Shown piece by piece: positions 54,568 to 64,000 of a stretch of 64,000 nt of DNA; within the stretch, counting starts at the first letter, position 1, and every line of letters starts with the position of its first letter. Source of the stretch: an uncultured Methanoregulaceae archaeon (GTDB taxonomy: Archaea > Halobacteriota > Methanomicrobia > Methanomicrobiales > Methanospirillaceae); the NCBI GenBank assembly GCA_963705255.1, contig OY970061.1, forward strand, positions 1,248,001 to 1,312,000, in the 5' to 3' direction. The position numbers and the translations under genes are program-made. The notes under the pieces are model-generated. The model was given only the letters and a program-made list of their open reading frames with translations, ran no database searches and had not been told where the DNA came from.

Positions 54568-54834
54568 TTAATGTTCGGCTGCAACGGTCTGGGATGCAGT
54601 CTCATGAGAATAGTTCACCACGGGCAGGGGGCGGTGGTGGATGTGGGAAACGATCTCGTCACCAAGCGTAAGGAGGGCATCCTTGTGGGCTTTCTTGTCC
54701 TTGTGGATGTGGACAGGAGAGATCTCCAGGGAGTTGTAGCGGTCGGTCTGGATCTCGTCGTTGGTGACGCCTTCGTAGTACTTCTTGATGTGAATCATCA
54801 GCATATGTAAATGAAGCAGCTCTTCCTTTTGCAC
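54568..54834 (-). CDS. UPF0058-family protein
   Basis: M.KEELLHLH, I.PVHIHK.K..HK.A. Confidence 0.85.
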   Translation of the reverse strand: MQKEELLHLHMLMIHIKKYYEGVTNDEIQTDRYNSLEISPVHIHKDKKAHKDALLTLGDEIVSHIHHRPLPVVNYSHETASQTVAAEH

Positions 54835-54909
54835 ACAATCACCTTTTCCAAGATGATCCTTTTTTTGTCCTGCACATATACCTTATTGGTGAGATTTATA
54901 TCAGGAAAG

Positions 54910-55776
54910 ATGCGGCACGTGGGATCCCTTGTTGCGCTCGCAATTGGGGACGCGTTGGGTGCGCCCCTTGAAGGATCTCCCCAGCCTGAAGCGTGGGTGA
55001 CATTAATGCGTCCCGGCGGGCGTCATTCCCGGAAAAAAGGGGGAGTCACGGACGACACCCTGCAGGCAGTCGCGGTCGCGGAATCGCTGGTTGCATGCGG
55101 GGGATATTCGGAAAATGACCTTGTCCGAAAATTATCTGAGAGCTATATAGTACGGCCCGAATGGTTCGGTCCTACATCAACTTTGTTCTTTGATCTGGTG
55201 CGATCCGGGACCCTGCCGCACCATGCCGCATGGATCGTGCACAAACGCCGTGGGGGCAGCCGGACGAACGGGAGCGTGATGCGGGGGTTCCCCCTTGGGA
55301 TCTTCTATCCTGCCCCGGAAGTGTACGGGGTGAGCGTCGCCTGCTCGCGGCTCACGCACTTCGATCCCGTCGCCGCCCACTGCTCGGCGTTCCTCAACGC
55401 GATGGTGAGCGACATGTGCCGGGGGGTTTCGCGGACGAAGGCATTCCGGCACGCCCGTTCGCTCTGTATAAATCCTGAGGTCCGGACCGTGCTGGGCAGT
55501 TACGATCACTATACTATATTACCCGGGCTGGACGCGGTGGAGTGCTCGCACGCGGCCCTCTCGTGTTTTATGAACGCCCGGACGTTCGAGCAGGCGGTGC
55601 TGTCTGCGGTTAACTTAGGCGGGGATGCAGATACAGTCGGTGCTTGTTGTGGTGCTTTAGCTGGGGCGTGGTGGGGGTTGTCAGCGATACCTTTCCGGTG
55701 GATTCGTGATCTGGAAGGGTATGGGGAGCTGGTGCGGCTGGCAGATCAGCTCTGGCGGATCGCAGGAGCCAGGTAA
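54910..55776 (+). CDS. ADP-ribosylglycohydrolase (DraG/ARH family)
   Basis: GDALGAP.E, TDDT, NGSVMR, THFD, GGDADT.GA..GALAGA. Confidence 0.92.
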   Translation: MRHVGSLVALAIGDALGAPLEGSPQPEAWVTLMRPGGRHSRKKGGVTDDTLQAVAVAESLVACGGYSENDLVRKLSESYIVRPEWFGPTSTLFFDLVRSGTLPHHAAWIVHKRRGGSRTNGSVMRGFPLGIFYPAPEVYGVSVACSRLTHFDPVAAHCSAFLNAMVSDMCRGVSRTKAFRHARSLCINPEVRTVLGSYDHYTILPGLDAVECSHAALSCFMNARTFEQAVLSAVNLGGDADTVGACCGALAGAWWGLSAIPFRWIRDLEGYGELVRLADQLWRIAGAR

Positions 55777-55890
55777 AAATCTCTACCACAGCAACGTATG
55801 GTTTATTCTTTTCAACCTGAGTCTGCTGAAAAAACATGAAAATATCAGCCATGTTCAGCAGTCTTACATGAACGTCCTCCGGACATTCAC

Positions 55891-56350
55891 GTTCGTCTTT
55901 TTCAAATCAAAGCTTGGTGGAAAATGTAAAATCGAAGTCCGGTTGGAAATTTGAAATCGAAGATTGATTGAAATTTTGAAATCAATGTCCGGTTGAAATT
56001 TTAAAATCAAAACCTGATTGATCCGGTAACAGTTTTTTAAACGCGATCGTGATCGCAATTGAAATTTTCCGGGCAAGGTCTGGTTGATCTGCTGAACGGC
56101 TTGATCTGGGGGTTGAGTGAGATGCCTGCGCGGATTCATGTCTGGTGTTGGGGTTTTTCCTGCACAGGTTTTGTGATTGAATGATTGAAAACCGGAAAGC
56201 GGTTGAAAATTTTCGAGTAAAGCTTGATTGATCTGTGAACAATTTTTAAGCAGGGTCGTGATGTGGTTTGAAATTTTCAAATCAAGGTTTGATTGATCTT
56301 TTTCATGCAAGGTCCGGTTGAAAATTTTTGAGCAGGGTCTGGTTGAAACG
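55891..56350. repeat. Degenerate 25-bp tandem repeat arrays (consensus ~GGTTGAAATTTTGAAATCAAGGTCT)
   Basis: Units at 55891, 55916, 55941, 55966, 55991 and at 56266, 56291, 56316; isolated units near 56057 and at 56201. Confidence 0.85.
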
Positions 56351-56385
56351 TGAGCTGATGGGCACCGGCAGTGCCGGGACTAATG

Positions 56386-56712
56386 TTAATCCAGGTCCAG
56401 CAGGTCCCGGATAAGAGCAACGATCGCAAGCCGGTGCTGTTCACCGATGGCACCGATCCGGTGCTGGAACCGCTCCCTGTCCAGGGCAACGATCTGGAAT
56501 ACGAGGGCAACACTCTCGGCATCGAGGCCGTTGTGCGAATCAGGAGAAATGATGTGGGTATGCGAGAACCGGGCACTGCTCATGCTGCGGGTCAGTGGGA
56601 CGACAAGGATGAGACCGTTGGCACCTCCCACAACGATCGCCGGCCGGACACCCCGCTGCTCATGTCCTTTTGCGTCGGAAAGATCCACGAGCCAGATATC
56701 GCCGTTCTTCAT
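56386..56712 (-). CDS. MazF/PemK-family endoribonuclease toxin
   Basis: GDIWLVDL....GHEQRGVRPAIVV, VVPLT, NGL...S....QI..LDR.R...IG. Confidence 0.92.
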   Translation of the reverse strand: MKNGDIWLVDLSDAKGHEQRGVRPAIVVGGANGLILVVPLTRSMSSARFSHTHIISPDSHNGLDAESVALVFQIVALDRERFQHRIGAIGEQHRLAIVALIRDLLDLD

Positions 56713-56716
56713 CGAT

Positions 56717-57253
56717 TTAGTGCTCCAGCGATTTTAAGGATGCCCTCTGCCAGATACCGGTCTCCTTTTTCAGCTCTTCGAGATCCTCCCGGGTGGGCCT
56801 GGAAAGGAACTCTTTTGCTTTCGAGATACCGAGGGCAATCTGGGCCTCTGAATAGAATGGTTTCAGCCGCTTGACCTGCCGGAGTGCTTCGGGCGGATCA
56901 CAGTTCTGCCGGATCGCATAATACCCGTAGGTTGCGCCGACTTCGAGTGGGACGGGTTTCAGCCCGAAGATCCTGCCGAGCTCACCTGCTGCCTCTTTCT
57001 CAGCGGTATTCAGCCGGGAGCCGGTTTCCAGGTTCTCGAACTCGCGAGTGAATGCGAACAGGTCCTGCGTCAGGTCCGGAGAGTAGGGTCCCCGAACATA
57101 CATGCTGCAGGAGTATCCGAGATCAATGCCCCTGAGCTCCAGCAGGCAGACGAGTTTCTGGGCGATGAGCCGGTCATCGAAGCGTGAAATATTGAATTCG
57201 AAGCCCAGTTCCCTGAAGAAGGCAATTACTTTTTTCCGTTTTTCCATAGTCAT
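56717..57253 (-). CDS. SocA/Panacea (DUF4065)-like putative antitoxin
   Basis: R...QKLV.LL, GY..SMYVRGPYSPDL; ATGA-coupled to the upstream gene and 4 nt from the toxin. Confidence 0.6.
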   Translation of the reverse strand: MTMEKRKKVIAFFRELGFEFNISRFDDRLIAQKLVCLLELRGIDLGYSCSMYVRGPYSPDLTQDLFAFTREFENLETGSRLNTAEKEAAGELGRIFGLKPVPLEVGATYGYYAIRQNCDPPEALRQVKRLKPFYSEAQIALGISKAKEFLSRPTREDLEELKKETGIWQRASLKSLEH

Positions 57254-57576
57254 GCACCGCAGTGGAGGAACCTGCACAGCCAGGTTCGTGTTCTCTTCCA
57301 TTCGTCCTGTCCTTCGGTCGTGATGGTATAGAGTTCGAGTTCTTTTCCTTCCGAGGTGATCTTCCCGGACGTGAGATAGCCCATCTCTTTTAAGACATTG
57401 AGGTTTGCAAACAGCACACCGTCATTGATGTCGAGTGCCGCCCTGAGTTCGCGGTAGGTTGCCCCATCGGGTCCGAGGGCGGCAAGGCTCGCGAGCAGTT
57501 TCAGCCGGACGAGCGAGAAGACTTTCGCGTTGAGCGCTTCGGATTCGTTCAGGATGGAGAGGATATCATTCTGCAT
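57250..57576 (-). CDS. Winged-helix transcriptional regulator (ArsR/MarR-like)
   Basis: RLKLLASL, TYRELRAALDINDGVL..NL.VL...GY, Y.IT..G. Confidence 0.8.
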   Translation of the reverse strand: MQNDILSILNESEALNAKVFSLVRLKLLASLAALGPDGATYRELRAALDINDGVLFANLNVLKEMGYLTSGKITSEGKELELYTITTEGQDEWKRTRTWLCRFLHCGA

Positions 57577-57666
57577 TCGGGTTCTCTCCTGGTTCTTTTC
57601 ATGATGATTGGTTGCCCGGGTTATTTACTTTGTTATTTACTTAAAGTTTAAAGTGAACGAAGGCAT

Positions 57667-57748
57667 GGTCGTGATGTTGTTTGAAATTTTGAAATCAAAG
57701 TTTGATTGAAATTTTTTAAGCTGGGTCTGGTTGAAAAGCGAGTTGGTG
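57667..57748. repeat. Second block of the 25-bp repeat; direct-repeat copy of the 56254 region
   Basis: GGTCGTGATGTTGTTTGAAATTTTGAAATCAAAGTTTGATTGA matches 56254..56296 at 40/43; units at 57679 and 57704. Confidence 0.85.
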
Positions 57749-58028
57749 CGCTGAAGAGTAAGTTGTGCAGCAGAGGGATAAGGGTGTATCGGAAATCGGG
57801 AATTTTGCGGAAATGTAAGATGTTGACTGAAACCGCTTATGGGGATTTGGCCGGGGGATGGGCATGAAAATGCTCTGAGCATTTTCAGCAATGTGTATGA
57901 AAGTCATGCTGATGTTATGCCCGTTTTTCTAAATTGTCACATCCGGATCCGGGAATTAACGGTTGCCATGACCATAAACAACATACCCGATGACAAATAT
58001 AGAATCATAAAAGCCCACGGAGGCATCA

Positions 58029-58164
58029 ATGGACGTTTTACTGTCAATTAAGCCAAGATATGTAAAGTCCATTCTTGAGGGGGGGAAGCGGTACCAGTTC
58101 CGGAAGACGATCTTCAAAAACCACGAGATCGACCGGATCTACATCTATTCTTCATCGCCCGTAA
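58029..58164 (+). pseudogene. Truncated ASCH-domain gene (5' part)
   Basis: MDVLLSIKPRYVKSILEG.K.Y.FRK...IYIYSSSPV, then similarity is lost. Confidence 0.75.
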
Positions 58165-58448
58165 TTGAACGGACTGCCGGAGATCCCGGCAGCATATCGT
58201 TCGGTCTGGGTCAGGACATTCTGGGGTCCGAGAGAAACCTTCTTGGCTTCAATAACTGCGAGGATTTTGCCATCAACACAGAGAGCATAGTCAGCGGGAC
58301 CATTTTCGGTAGAAAATTCTTCGAGAGCATACTGGTTGTATCTGGTGAGATCCATTCCGGTCTTGAACAACTCAACACGCCAACCGGCAGCTTTCAATAA
58401 GGGATCGATGCGCTTCTTCCGGGTAACTCGCTCGCTCTCTTCTGTCAT
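58152..58448 (-). pseudogene. hsdR: Truncated type I restriction subunit R (HsdR N-terminal nuclease part)
   Basis: SE..TR..RID..L..AGW, GPADYAL, VIEAKK, Q..RYA; only 98 aa. Confidence 0.8.
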
Positions 58449-59063
58449 GGCTTCCAGGACTACAATAATAATATGTGATTTTTATAAAGGCTGTAACGTT
58501 ATGTGTTGCGGTTTAATTATACTGATATCAGATAAGGGGAGATTGATTGTCACCCATTCAGGCACATCCAAAACCCCATCCCCCTCCCCGTTCCTCCGCT
58601 GGAACGTTGCTATTGATTGCCTCCCGGCCACCGGCGTAAAACCCGCAAATTCTACCGAAACATTGCCTCTTTTTCGGGAAACATTGCCTCCCGGGCCGGG
58701 ATGAAGGACAATCGGAGCCCTGTACGGGCTTCTTTCCGGCCATCCCCGGAAAAGGATGAACACCCACGTCCCAAACCACGTCCCGACCCGACTTTTCCAC
58801 CTGTAATTGATCTACAGCGGCATATTTTTAGCACGAAAATCATGGGAATCAGGCCAATACGGGCCCAAAACAACCTCCTCCCGGAACCAGCGACTGATAT
58901 TTTGGCCAATTCGACCGAAAAAGTGTACCGGATCAGGCAATCGGAGGTCAAAATAACCTGCGATGGGAGCACCCCCTCCCGGGGGGTTGCTGCCTGCCCA
59001 TTCACCGACGGTGAGGTGGAGGCCAGGATCCGGCTGAACAGGAACCAATGAAAAATAAAAAAA

Positions 59064-59467
59064 TTATTCAACTTTTTTTCCGGCATCTGGTCCGGGGTAC
59101 AATCGAATACTTCCGTGATTTTCAGGATCAGCAACCCCTTTGCAGGATACTGCGGCCCTTTCGCTTTTATCTGCGCCTTGATCTTTTCATACTCCGGACC
59201 GCTGGTTTTCACCGTTACGGTCCCCTTGATCTGGAAACAGCGCTTCTTTTCAGGATCCCATATATAGAGTGCCAGATGGGGATTTTCCCTCACATTTGCG
59301 AGCGTCTTTACCATGTAGTTGTCCCCGATCCAGATCATGTCATCGGCAACAACCTGCACCGTGCTCATCGGCGTGACATTGGGAATTCCCTTTTTGGATG
59401 CCGTGGCAATGGCATAGGGCTTGTTCTTCGCAAATACTTCTTTCATTTCCGCAGTGAGTGACACCAT
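59064..59467 (-). CDS. Pyridoxamine 5'-phosphate oxidase-like FMN-binding protein (frameshift at ~59095)
   Basis: ATAS..G.PNV, DNYM.KT..N..ENP, FQIKG; corrected end TPGPDAGKKVE. Confidence 0.85.
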
Positions 59468-60091
59468 CGTCTTCCTTCCTTTCCTACAGGCATTGAATGT
59501 CGTTACCCCCTCATAGTGTTTTGCAATGCTTATGTTTTGTGTTTGACGGATCGAGCGTGTCCGACGAACTGTACCGTGCCAAAGGTTCTGTCCTCAATAG
59601 TGACATGATGTATGTCCCGCTTTCAAGAGCACCGGATGGGTGTCTGCGGCTTCTTGAAGCCCTGCCCGTCACGGCCCGGTTCGGCGGGACGGTCAGCAGT
59701 CACCCGGAAGAACCGCCAGATCCCGGAACGTTTACAGCCTCACAAAGTCCGTCGCTTCTGATGGATATCCAGTTCACAGGATTCAGGTCCTTCCCTGTGT
59801 TTGTGAGTGCCTCCCGTAATATGAGCGTCGCATCGGGTCATATGCCGGCATCGCGTGCAATCCAGAATGGTCTTGAGGGTCATGATGGTATTTGATTGCC
59901 ATTACCACGGGCACACGCTATATATTCGTTGCGATCATTCTCAAAAATCAAAATTCCAGAAGGTTTCCGCGAAATTTTCCCGGACACCTGATGACAAAAT
60001 CTCCGGGGCGTTACCGGCGCCGGTTGCCATCCTGTTCTCCCGTTCTGGCCATGGCCCGGAGATCCCCAAAACTGTACCGGCACCGAACCCA

Positions 60092-60787
60092 TCAGATACT
60101 GAAGGAGCTCCCCGTCAGGTTGCCGGAGTCCGAATACCCCCGCTGCTCCCAGTAGCCCTTGTAATTCGGATCATCGGAAAGTTCGATCCTGTCGATCCAC
60201 TTGATCCACTTGTACCCCCACTTGTCCTCTGCCACCAGCCGGAACGGATAGCCGTGTTCGGCGTCGATGGTGACGTTGTTCATCCCGTATGCCATGAGGA
60301 TATCGTTGTCCATGACGTAGCCGAGCGGGAACGATGTCGTATACCCGTCGGTGGCGTGAAAGATCACGGTGTTCGCCCGGGGATCGACCCCCGCTTCATG
60401 GATGAGGTCCCTGACGAGCACGCCTTCCCAGAGGATCGTGGCATCCCAGCCCTCGACACAATCGAGGGTGACGAGCTTGGTGTAGTGCCGGTGGTTGTTG
60501 AGGATATCGCCGTACGTCAGGACCGTTGTCGTATTGGTAAGGCCGGTGATGGTGAGCCGGTAATCGGTCCCGTTGATGTGCTGGGTACCGATGATCGCGT
60601 TCTCTGGTACATCGCTGATGGACGAGAGGTCCTCCCCCTGGTAGGACCGGACTTTGACGGCAGCGAGTGCCTTCGTATCAGACGAGCCCGGTCCGGGTCG
60701 TGATGCCTGCATCATAAACGTCACTATTGCCCCGATAATTATGACCGCTGTCACGAGTGCGATCATAAGGTACATCCGTGAGTTCAT
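60092..60787 (-). CDS. Molybdopterin-dependent oxidoreductase (sulfite oxidase/MsrP-like), membrane anchored
   Basis: LDCVEGW, WEGV, EHGYPFRLV...WGYKWIKW, GYWEQRGY. Confidence 0.88.
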   Translation of the reverse strand: MNSRMYLMIALVTAVIIIGAIVTFMMQASRPGPGSSDTKALAAVKVRSYQGEDLSSISDVPENAIIGTQHINGTDYRLTITGLTNTTTVLTYGDILNNHRHYTKLVTLDCVEGWDATILWEGVLVRDLIHEAGVDPRANTVIFHATDGYTTSFPLGYVMDNDILMAYGMNNVTIDAEHGYPFRLVAEDKWGYKWIKWIDRIELSDDPNYKGYWEQRGYSDSGNLTGSSFSI

Positions 60788-61136
60788 TGCAGGTTACCTG
60801 TATCCCCTATCAGATTAAGCTTGCAATTGCGGAACCGCCCCGGGTCCGGATCCGGACGGTTATCGTTGGGGAGAATTACCGGGTGTCTTCGGGCCTTTCA
60901 ATCGGTTCTGATGCGTTGACCGGGCGGCATGAATTTTTGTGAGCTGGAAAAAATAATCACTAACCGACCTGGCAAGTACTTTTTATTGTCATCTCCGGAC
61001 CTGGCAATTTTTAAAAACCACCACGTACTCAGGAGCTCCCGGAGGAATAGTGGCGGATAATCCCCACCAGGCCTGACAGCGTAATTCCGAAAAGGAATTG
61101 AATATAATTGTCGTTATACCTTGAGAGAGGCAGAGT

Positions 61137-61934
61137 ATGAAGACCATCATCTATTATTTTACCGGCACCGGCAACTCGCTTTCCGCGGCAAAAAAGATCG
61201 CCGCAGGACTTGGTGACTGCAGGCTCGTTCCGGTTGCATCGCTGCAGGACAGGGAAGGGGATATCCTCCCGGAGGCGGACCGGGTCGGGATCGTCTGCCC
61301 GGTGTATTTTACCGGCCTGCCGCTGATGGTGGCTTCATTCGCAGGGCGCCTCGACCTTTCCCTGTCGCAGTACACGTTTTCCGTCGTGACCCTCGGCGGT
61401 TTCGGCGGCCAGTCTGCCCTGCGACAGCTCGATGGCATCCTGAAGAGACGATCCGGGCGGGGGCTTGATGCCGGTTTCATGGTCAGGATGCCGGGGAATT
61501 ACATTCTCATGTACGAATCCCCGTCAGGAAAGAAATGCGAGCGGATCCTTGCTGCTGCCGACGAACACCTGGAGACGATTGTGCAGGCCATACAAAATTC
61601 TGCAAAAACCAGACCGGGATATTCCCCCCTGGCCCGGCTGGTGCATGTCCTGTGGTACTCCCGGTTCTCCTCCCGCGTCCACGATAACGACAGGAAATTT
61701 TCCGCAGATAACACCTGCACTTCGTGCGGGACCTGTGCCGCCATCTGTCCGGCAAAAAATATCGAACTGGTTGGTGGCAGACCGGTCTGGAAACACCACT
61801 GCGAGCTCTGCTGCGGCTGTGTCCACCTCTGCCCGGCAGAGGCGATCCAGGCAGGAAAAAAGACGGCAGGACGGGCACGCTACTCCAACCCGGAAGTGAA
61901 CGATGCGGACTTCAAAGCGCAGAGAGGATCCTGA
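61137..61934 (+). CDS. EFR1-family flavodoxin/ferredoxin fusion
   Basis: YYFTGTGNS, MPGNY, CTSCGTCAAICP, CELCCGCVHLCP. Confidence 0.9.
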   Translation: MKTIIYYFTGTGNSLSAAKKIAAGLGDCRLVPVASLQDREGDILPEADRVGIVCPVYFTGLPLMVASFAGRLDLSLSQYTFSVVTLGGFGGQSALRQLDGILKRRSGRGLDAGFMVRMPGNYILMYESPSGKKCERILAAADEHLETIVQAIQNSAKTRPGYSPLARLVHVLWYSRFSSRVHDNDRKFSADNTCTSCGTCAAICPAKNIELVGGRPVWKHHCELCCGCVHLCPAEAIQAGKKTAGRARYSNPEVNDADFKAQRGS

Positions 61935-62073
61935 TATCGTCGCATCGGGGGGAAACTGATCCAGGAAGGTCAGTTCCGTGAACCTGCCTCCGCGATAAAT
62001 CCGCCATGTTATAAAAACTGAGAATTCGGCAAATTACTTTATAGATAGTATCCGGATTCTTCGCGAGAGCAGT

Positions 62074-64000
62074 ATGGGGAGAGAAAGGGATAGTTTCCCG
62101 GAAATTCCGGAGCGGATCGGAGGTATCGGGGAACTTGCCTATAACCTCTGGTGGAGCTGGCATCCGGCCGCGAGGATGCTCTACAAGAGGCTCAGCAGGC
62201 CCGAATGGAAGGAGAGCGTGCACAACCCCGTGAAGATGCTGCGGGAACTTCCGGCGGAAGCCTTCCAGGCTGCCGCGAACGACCCGAAGTACGTCAGCCA
62301 TTATTCCGCCATCATGAGCCGGTTCCGGTCCGAGATGGAGGAGAAAGCGGGCTGGTTCTCAACGCAGATCACCGGGTCCTGCTGCCAGCCGATCGCGTAT
62401 TTTTCGGCAGAATACGGGCTGCACCACTCCCTGCCGTTCTATGCCGGCGGGCTCGGGTTCCTTGCAGGCGATTATCTCAAGGAATGCAGCGATCTCTGTA
62501 TCCCGGTGGTCGCTGTCGGATTCATGTACCCGGAAGGTTACATCCTCCAGAGGATCCGGGAGGACGGCTGGCAGCAGAATGTCGATGACGTCCTCGACCG
62601 GGACAGCGCACCGATAACCCGCGTCCTCGGCGAAGATGGGACACAGCTGGTCATCGAAGTGCCGTTCATCAGGCCCCCGATCCACGTTGCTGTCTGGAAA
62701 GCGATGGTCGGCCGTATCCCCCTCTACCTCATGGACACCGATATCGGGGAGAACGATCCATGGAACCGGTCCATATCATCCCACCTCTATTCCGGTGACA
62801 CCGAACAGCGGTTGCGGCAGGAGATTGTCCTGGGCATCGGTGGGTCTGAAATGCTGAATGTGCTCGGGATCCGGCATTCGATTGCCCACCTGAACGAGGG
62901 CCACGCCGCTTTTGCCCTGCTGGAACGGATCCGGGAACGGGTTGAGGGGGGCATGAAGTACCCTGAAGCATTGGAGTACGTCAGGAGCACGACGATCTTC
63001 ACAACGCATACGCCAGTACCAGCTGGCACTGACATATTTCCCTTCCCTCTGGTTGAGAAATATTTCAACAGTTACTATCCCCTTCTCGGCCTCGACCGCG
63101 ATGCCTTTTTCAGGCTCGGCATCCACCCGGAGGAGCCGGCATCAGGCTTCAACATGACCGCATTTGCGCTGAGGCTCTCCCGGTTCCATAATGCCGTCAG
63201 CCGGCGCCATGGTGAGGTATCCCGCCGGATGTGGAAGAGCCTCTGGCCGGATCTTCCGGAGAAAGACGTTCCAATCAACTACATCACGAATGGTATCCAT
63301 GTCCCCACCTGGATAGAACCGAAGATGGAGCGTCTGCTGGACAAGTACCTGGGGAGTGACTGGCTGGCTGACCACGATGATCCGGCCCGGTGGGAACCGG
63401 TCGATACGATCCCGGATGAGGAGCTCTGGCAGACGCACTACTGGCTGAAGGTCAAACTCCTGAACAGGATCTGCGAACAGGCCCGGCAGGCATGGACGTA
63501 CCGTAAGATCAACCCCTCGGTGGTTCTGGCCGAAGGTACCCTGCTGAACCCGCTCCTCCTGACCATCGGCTTTTCGCGCCGGTTTACCTCGTACAAGCGT
63601 GCAGATCTCATCTTCACCGATCTCGAGCGTCTGAAAGAACTGATCGATGATCGCTGGAACCCGATCCAGATCATATTTGCCGGCAAGGCGCACCCGGCTG
63701 ATGATCCCGGCAAGAGGATCCTGCAGCGGGTCTTCAATTATGCCAGGGACCCGGAGATGGGCGGGAGGATCGCCTTCGTTGAGAACTATGACGAACAGCT
63801 TGCCCAGTACCTCGTGCACGGTGTGGACATCTGGCTGAACAATCCGCTTCCCCCGATGGAGGCCTGCGGGACGAGCGGGATGAAGGCGTCGCTGAACGGC
63901 GTGCCCCAGATGAGCATCCCGGACGGGTGGTGGATCGAAGGCTACAACGGCAGGAACGGGTGGACATTCGGGAAAGAGAGCGGAGAGGACCGGGACAAGG
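62074..64000 (+). CDS. glgP: Second alpha-glucan phosphorylase (3' partial; not in ORF track)
   Basis: Open frame from ATG 62074: ELAYNLWWSW, YAGGLGFLAGD, HLNEGH, EACGTSGMK; runs off the window. Confidence 0.93.
   Translation, partial: MGRERDSFPEIPERIGGIGELAYNLWWSWHPAARMLYKRLSRPEWKESVHNPVKMLRELPAEAFQAAANDPKYVSHYSAIMSRFRSEMEEKAGWFSTQITGSCCQPIAYFSAEYGLHHSLPFYAGGLGFLAGDYLKECSDLCIPVVAVGFMYPEGYILQRIREDGWQQNVDDVLDRDSAPITRVLGEDGTQLVIEVPFIRPPIHVAVWKAMVGRIPLYLMDTDIGENDPWNRSISSHLYSGDTEQRLRQEIVLGIGGSEMLNVLGIRHSIAHLNEGHAAFALLERIRERVEGGMKYPEALEYVRSTTIFTTHTPVPAGTDIFPFPLVEKYFNSYYPLLGLDRDAFFRLGIHPEEPASGFNMTAFALRLSRFHNAVSRRHGEVSRRMWKSLWPDLPEKDVPINYITNGIHVPTWIEPKMERLLDKYLGSDWLADHDDPARWEPVDTIPDEELWQTHYWLKVKLLNRICEQARQAWTYRKINPSVVLAEGTLLNPLLLTIGFSRRFTSYKRADLIFTDLERLKELIDDRWNPIQIIFAGKAHPADDPGKRILQRVFNYARDPEMGGRIAFVENYDEQLAQYLVHGVDIWLNNPLPPMEACGTSGMKASLNGVPQMSIPDGWWIEGYNGRNGWTFGKESGEDRDK

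Noticed and set aside
55864-56310. ORFs across the 25-bp arrays (also 57637..57891)
   Set aside because: Low-complexity translations of the repeat; a 25-nt period does not preserve frame.
55891-56350. CRISPR array
   Set aside because: Units abut with no unique spacers, are degenerate, and no cas genes are present.
59497-60090. Coding or ncRNA feature in the 600-nt gap
   Set aside because: The ORFs lack motifs and only one weak hairpin is visible; nothing supportable.

Overview
Archaeal chromosomal DNA, most likely a Methanomicrobiales methanogen (Methanoregula/Methanolinea-like; inferred from gene content: split RNAP B''/B'/A'/A'', archaeal phosphoribulokinase, PGF-pre-PGF and PEGA surface proteins). 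Core blocks: rpoH-B''-B'-A'-A''-rpl30e-nusA; elp3-priS-GINS-rpl44e-rps27e-aIF2a-nop10-PAC2; three tRNAs; a glycogen/sugar-phosphate cluster containing PRK; glnA; a katG-ahbDABC (catalase-peroxidase plus heme synthesis) operon; and a small accessory region (wHTH-Panacea-MazF module, ASCH/hsdR deletion scar). About a dozen genes, including essential rpoA1 and priS, carry single-base frameshifts that are almost certainly sequencing/assembly indels. Most unusual signals: (1) a dispersed family of intergenic hairpins with co-varying stems closed by TC/TC (tandem GA/GA on the other strand), some inserted into a second GC-rich structured scaffold seen in short and expanded forms; (2) degenerate 25-bp tandem arrays bracketing the toxin-antitoxin module; (3) a monofunctional-catalase 5' stub coupled to katG at the head of a heme operon; (4) a roadblock plus twin receiver-domain operon divergent from minD. 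All calls come from motif recognition by eye; no database searches were run.
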